DNA of 64,000 nt from Candidatus Marinacidobacterales bacterium (GTDB lineage: Bacteria > Acidobacteriota > Vicinamibacteria > Marinacidobacterales > DATDRI01): the NCBI GenBank assembly GCA_965226495.1, contig OZ245365.1:1440001-1504000 (forward strand), written 5' to 3'. Under the pieces are notes generated by a model, which did no database searches, was not told the DNA's origin, and was given only the letters and a program-made list of their open reading frames with translations. This document shows, in pieces, positions 60,309 to 64,000 of the stretch. Position numbers and translations under genes: made by a program. Numbering within the stretch: position 1 is the stretch's first letter; each line of letters starts with the position of its first letter.

Positions 60309-60730
60309 AGTTCTGGGACAGCTCTGCGGTGGTTCCGCTATTGGTTCAGCAGAGTGCGTCGCCGGCAGTCGAGGCGTATTTCCGAGAAGACCCCGGTCTC
60401 ATCGTTTGGTGGGCAACAAGGGTCGAATGCGATTCAGCGATCGCTCGCTTGGAGCGGGAGCGCAAGCTGTCACCGAAGAGTACCGATGAGGCCTTCCGTC
60501 GTCTCGACGCGATCTCCTCCCTCTGGCACGAGGTTCAGCCAGTAGATGTTCTTCGGGAGGCCGCTCGTCGAGTGCTCCGGCTACACAGCTTGAGAGCAGG
60601 TGACTCTTTGCAGCTAGCGGCAGCATTCATGGCTGCTGAGAACCGGCCATCGACTCTAGAGTTCGTTTGTTTGGACGACCGACTCGGAGGGGCTGCCCGG
60701 CGCGAGGGTTTCCAGGTGTTGGGAGTCTAG
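60305..60730 (+). CDS. vapC: VapC PIN-domain toxin
   Basis: FWDSSAVV, VE, LRAGDSLQLAAA and CLDDRL. Confidence 0.92.
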   Translation: MKFWDSSAVVPLLVQQSASPAVEAYFREDPGLIVWWATRVECDSAIARLERERKLSPKSTDEAFRRLDAISSLWHEVQPVDVLREAARRVLRLHSLRAGDSLQLAAAFMAAENRPSTLEFVCLDDRLGGAARREGFQVLGV

Positions 60731-60775
60731 AACTCCCATCACTCCTCCTCGAATCGGGCTAGAATAAGCCTACCC

Positions 60776-63700
60776 ATGCCGCTATCCAAGTTCCATCCTC
60801 TGATTTCCGCTTGGTTCAACGAAAGGTTCGAGGCGGCGACGGAACCCCAACTGCAGGGGTGGCCCGAGATCCGCTCCGGCCAGGATGTGCTGATCTCGGC
60901 ACCGACCGGCTCGGGCAAGACACTGGCAGCGTTTCTCCTTTGCTTGGATGGGCTAGTTCGCTCGGCGAAGGATGGGACGTTAGAGGACCGTACTTACGCG
61001 CTCTACGTGTCGCCGCTCAAAGCACTGAGCAACGACATCCACAAGAACCTCGAGCGGCCCCTGGCGGAGATTTCAGCCCTGGCGGCGAGCCGCGGTGAGG
61101 TCATGACACCGATACGCGCAGCTGTCCGGACCGGGGACACACCGGCCTGGGAGCGCCAGAGAATGCTGCGCAAGCCTCCGCATATTCTTGTCACCACGCC
61201 GGAGTCACTCTTCATTCTGCTTACCGCAGAGAAGAGTCGTCAGATTCTTCGTCGGGTAGGGACGATCATTGTTGACGAGATCCACGCCGTCGCCGACGAC
61301 AAACGGGGATCGCATCTGGCTTTGTCTCTGGCACGGCTCGAGGATTTGGTCGTCAAGAACGGTGGCTCTAGACCTCAACGGGTCGGGCTTTCGGCGACGG
61401 TCAAGCCGATCGAAGAAGTCGCTGGATTCTTGAGCGACAAGGTCACCATCGTCGACATCGGATACCGTCGTGAGATGGATCTTGCGGTCGCGGTGCCCGA
61501 GGATGAGCTCGGCGTCGTCGCCACTAACGAGATGTGGGGTGAGATCTACGATCGACTGGCTCAGCTGATCGAGGCCCATCGCACGACGCTCATCTTCGTC
61601 AACACCCGACGTTTGTCGGAGAGAATTTCCCATCACCTGACCGAACGCCTGGGCGGAGAAGCGGTGATGGCGCACCACGGGAGCCTTTCGCGAACCCTAC
61701 GCTTGAAAGCCGAAGAGAAACTGAAGGAAGGCAAGCTCCGCGCGGTTGTAGCGACGGCGTCTCTCGAGCTCGGTATCGACATCGGTTCGGTCGACCTCGT
61801 TTGTCAGATTGGCTCTCCCCGCGCAATCGGAGTTGCGCTGCAGAGGGTTGGACGCTCCGGGCACTGGATGGGGGCGACGCCCAAGGGACGCTTGTTTGCG
61901 ACGACGCGGGACGAGCTCTTAGAGTGTGCGGCCTTGATTCGTGCGATTCGCTCCGGGGAGCTCGACCGTCTCGAGATCCCGGACGCGCCCTTGGACGTCA
62001 TGGCGCAACAGATCGTCGCCGCCGCGGCATGCGAGGACTGGTCGGAAGAAGATTTGTTCCAACTCCTCCGCGGAACCTATTCCTACCGGAATCTCGACCG
62101 TGCCGACTACGACGCGGTACTCGAGATGCTCTCTGAGGGAATCGCAACCAAGCGCGGACGGGGAAGGGCCTATCTCCATCGTGATCGGGTCAACCATCGA
62201 CTTCGGGGTCGACGCGGCGCTCGATTGGCCGCCATCACCTCGGGGGGCGCGATTCCCGACAACGCCAACTATCTCGTCGTTGCGGAGCCGGAGGGCAAGG
62301 TCGTCGGCACACTGGATGAAGATTTCGCGGTCGAGAGTATCTCCGGCGACATCTTCTTGCTCGGCGCGAGTTCCTGGCGCATCCGCCGCGTCGAAACGGG
62401 TCGAGTGCGTGTCGAAGATGCGCACGGCGCCGCCCCGACGATTCCTTTTTGGAGAGGCGAAGCGCCCGGCCGCACAGTCGAGCTCTCTCAGGAGATTTCG
62501 AGCATTCGGGAGGAGATCGCGAGCCGCTCCGATCGCGGACGGGACGAGGCGCTCGCTTTTCTAAAGGACGAATGCGGCTTGGATCGGCGGGGAGCGGAGC
62601 AGGCGATCGATTACGTGAGGGCCGGCCGGACCGCACTCGGTGCGCTGCCGAGCCACGACACAGTAGTGGCGGAGCGATTTTTCGACGAGGCGGGCGGCAT
62701 GCAGCTGGTGCTCCACGCGCCGTTCGGATCCCGCATCAACCGCGCCTGGGGGCTGGCGCTTCGGAAGCGTTTCTGTCGTTCCTTCAATTTCGAGCTCCAG
62801 GCCGCGGCGACCGATAACGGCATCGTGATCTCCCTCGGGGAGCAGCACGCATTTCCTCTCGAGATCATCTTTGGATTTCTGAATACCAACACCGTCGAGC
62901 ACGTTCTCACGCAGGCGCTCTTGCCGACACCGATGTTCACTGCTCGCTGGAGGTGGAACGTTTCGCGGGCCCTGGCGGTGCTTCGTTTTTCTGGCGGCAA
63001 GAAAGTCTTTCCGGCCCTTCAAAGGATGAGGTCGGACGACTTGCTGGCGGCGGTGTTTCCCGATCAAGCGGCCTGCGCCGAGAATCTCGCCGGCGAGATC
63101 GACGTTCCGGACCACCCCTTGGTCAAGGAAACGATCGGCGATTGTCTTCACGAGGCCATGGATCTCACCCGCTTGACGGAGTTGCTTGAAGCGATTTCGG
63201 CAGGTGAGGTTAAGACGGTTGCCATCGATACCGCGGAGCCGTCGCCTTTTTCGCACGAAATCTTGAATGCGAATCCTTACGCGTTTCTCGATGACGCGCC
63301 TCTCGAAGAGCGGCGAGCCCGCGCGGTTCAATTGCGTCGGACGCTTCCGGGTGAGCTCGTGGAGGAGGCGGGTGCCTTGGATCCCGCCGCCATTTCGCAA
63401 GTGCAATCGGAATCGTGGCCGGTGGTGCGTGATGCCGACGAGCTTCACGATGCCATGCTCACGCTCGCGATCGCAGAACCCAACGCCGAGTGGGAGCCTT
63501 TCTTGGGCGAGCTCGAGACTGATCGTCGCGCGACCAAGTTGGAACTGGACCAGACGACATTTTGGGTCGCGGCAGAACGAATGGATCTGGTGAAGGCAGC
63601 TTATCCGCAAGCGGCCTTCTCGCCGGCCATCGACTCGGTACCTCCAGTCGGTGGTGTGCCCGAGAGTCGGGAGGCGGCGGTTGCGGAGGTTCTTAGAGGT

Positions 63701-64000
63701 TGGCTGGAGTCCACCGGCCCGCAGACCGCTACAGGATTAGGCGAACGGCTCGCCATACCGAAGGAGCTCGTCGATGTAGGGCTCTTGCGGCTCGAGGGAG
63801 AGGGACAGGTTCTTCGCGGGAGCTTCACACGTCGTACGACGCCCGATCGAGAGATGGAGTGGTGCAATCGACGGCTCTTGGCTCGCATCCACCGTCTCAC
63901 ATTGGGGCGCCTGCGAAAGGAGATCGAGCCGGTCACGACGCAGGACTTCATGCGTTTCCTTTTGCGGTGGCAGCATGTGAGCTCGCGGAATCGCTTACAC
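60776..64000 (+). CDS. lhr: Lhr-family DEAD/DEAH-box helicase, long form (runs off the window end; not in the ORF track)
   Basis: MPLSKFHP...APTGSGKTLAAF, YVSPLKALSNDI, VDEIH, GLSAT, HHGSLS, LELGIDIG and QRVGRSGH; no stop codon noticed before 64000. Confidence 0.93.
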   Translation, partial: MPLSKFHPLISAWFNERFEAATEPQLQGWPEIRSGQDVLISAPTGSGKTLAAFLLCLDGLVRSAKDGTLEDRTYALYVSPLKALSNDIHKNLERPLAEISALAASRGEVMTPIRAAVRTGDTPAWERQRMLRKPPHILVTTPESLFILLTAEKSRQILRRVGTIIVDEIHAVADDKRGSHLALSLARLEDLVVKNGGSRPQRVGLSATVKPIEEVAGFLSDKVTIVDIGYRREMDLAVAVPEDELGVVATNEMWGEIYDRLAQLIEAHRTTLIFVNTRRLSERISHHLTERLGGEAVMAHHGSLSRTLRLKAEEKLKEGKLRAVVATASLELGIDIGSVDLVCQIGSPRAIGVALQRVGRSGHWMGATPKGRLFATTRDELLECAALIRAIRSGELDRLEIPDAPLDVMAQQIVAAAACEDWSEEDLFQLLRGTYSYRNLDRADYDAVLEMLSEGIATKRGRGRAYLHRDRVNHRLRGRRGARLAAITSGGAIPDNANYLVVAEPEGKVVGTLDEDFAVESISGDIFLLGASSWRIRRVETGRVRVEDAHGAAPTIPFWRGEAPGRTVELSQEISSIREEIASRSDRGRDEALAFLKDECGLDRRGAEQAIDYVRAGRTALGALPSHDTVVAERFFDEAGGMQLVLHAPFGSRINRAWGLALRKRFCRSFNFELQAAATDNGIVISLGEQHAFPLEIIFGFLNTNTVEHVLTQALLPTPMFTARWRWNVSRALAVLRFSGGKKVFPALQRMRSDDLLAAVFPDQAACAENLAGEIDVPDHPLVKETIGDCLHEAMDLTRLTELLEAISAGEVKTVAIDTAEPSPFSHEILNANPYAFLDDAPLEERRARAVQLRRTLPGELVEEAGALDPAAISQVQSESWPVVRDADELHDAMLTLAIAEPNAEWEPFLGELETDRRATKLELDQTTFWVAAERMDLVKAAYPQAAFSPAIDSVPPVGGVPESREAAVAEVLRGWLESTGPQTATGLGERLAIPKELVDVGLLRLEGEGQVLRGSFTRRTTPDREMEWCNRRLLARIHRLTLGRLRKEIEPVTTQDFMRFLLRWQHVSSRNRLH

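Overview
GC-rich bacterial chromosomal window. The gene content and short intergenic palindromes suggest Acidobacteriota, possibly Vicinamibacteria from a saline habitat (inference only). From left to right it contains: the left end of an IS481-family element; amidohydrolases; a probable glucosylglycerate phosphorylase; NamZ; an ECF sigma/ZAS anti-sigma/Spy-like module; an M16 peptidase pair; maeB; a frameshifted isocitrate/isopropylmalate dehydrogenase; a complex I-like operon nuoABCDHIJKN plus a ferredoxin, with no nuoEFG and no nuoLM; a decayed 30-35 kb patch that includes a GGDEF gene with an exact PilZ duplication; Na+-linked transporters and a membrane pyrophosphatase; an ATP-dependent ligase; and a TA-bounded accessory block (AbiE ... 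VapBC) followed by lhr. The best candidate for an unusual system is an Elp3 radical-SAM/KAT gene set head-to-head (11 bp apart) with a Trm9/ALKBH8-like methyltransferase, which suggests a eukaryote/archaea-style cm5U to mcm5U wobble-uridine pathway in a bacterium. I saw no rRNA, tRNA or CRISPR array. All family calls come from motif recognition, not database searches.
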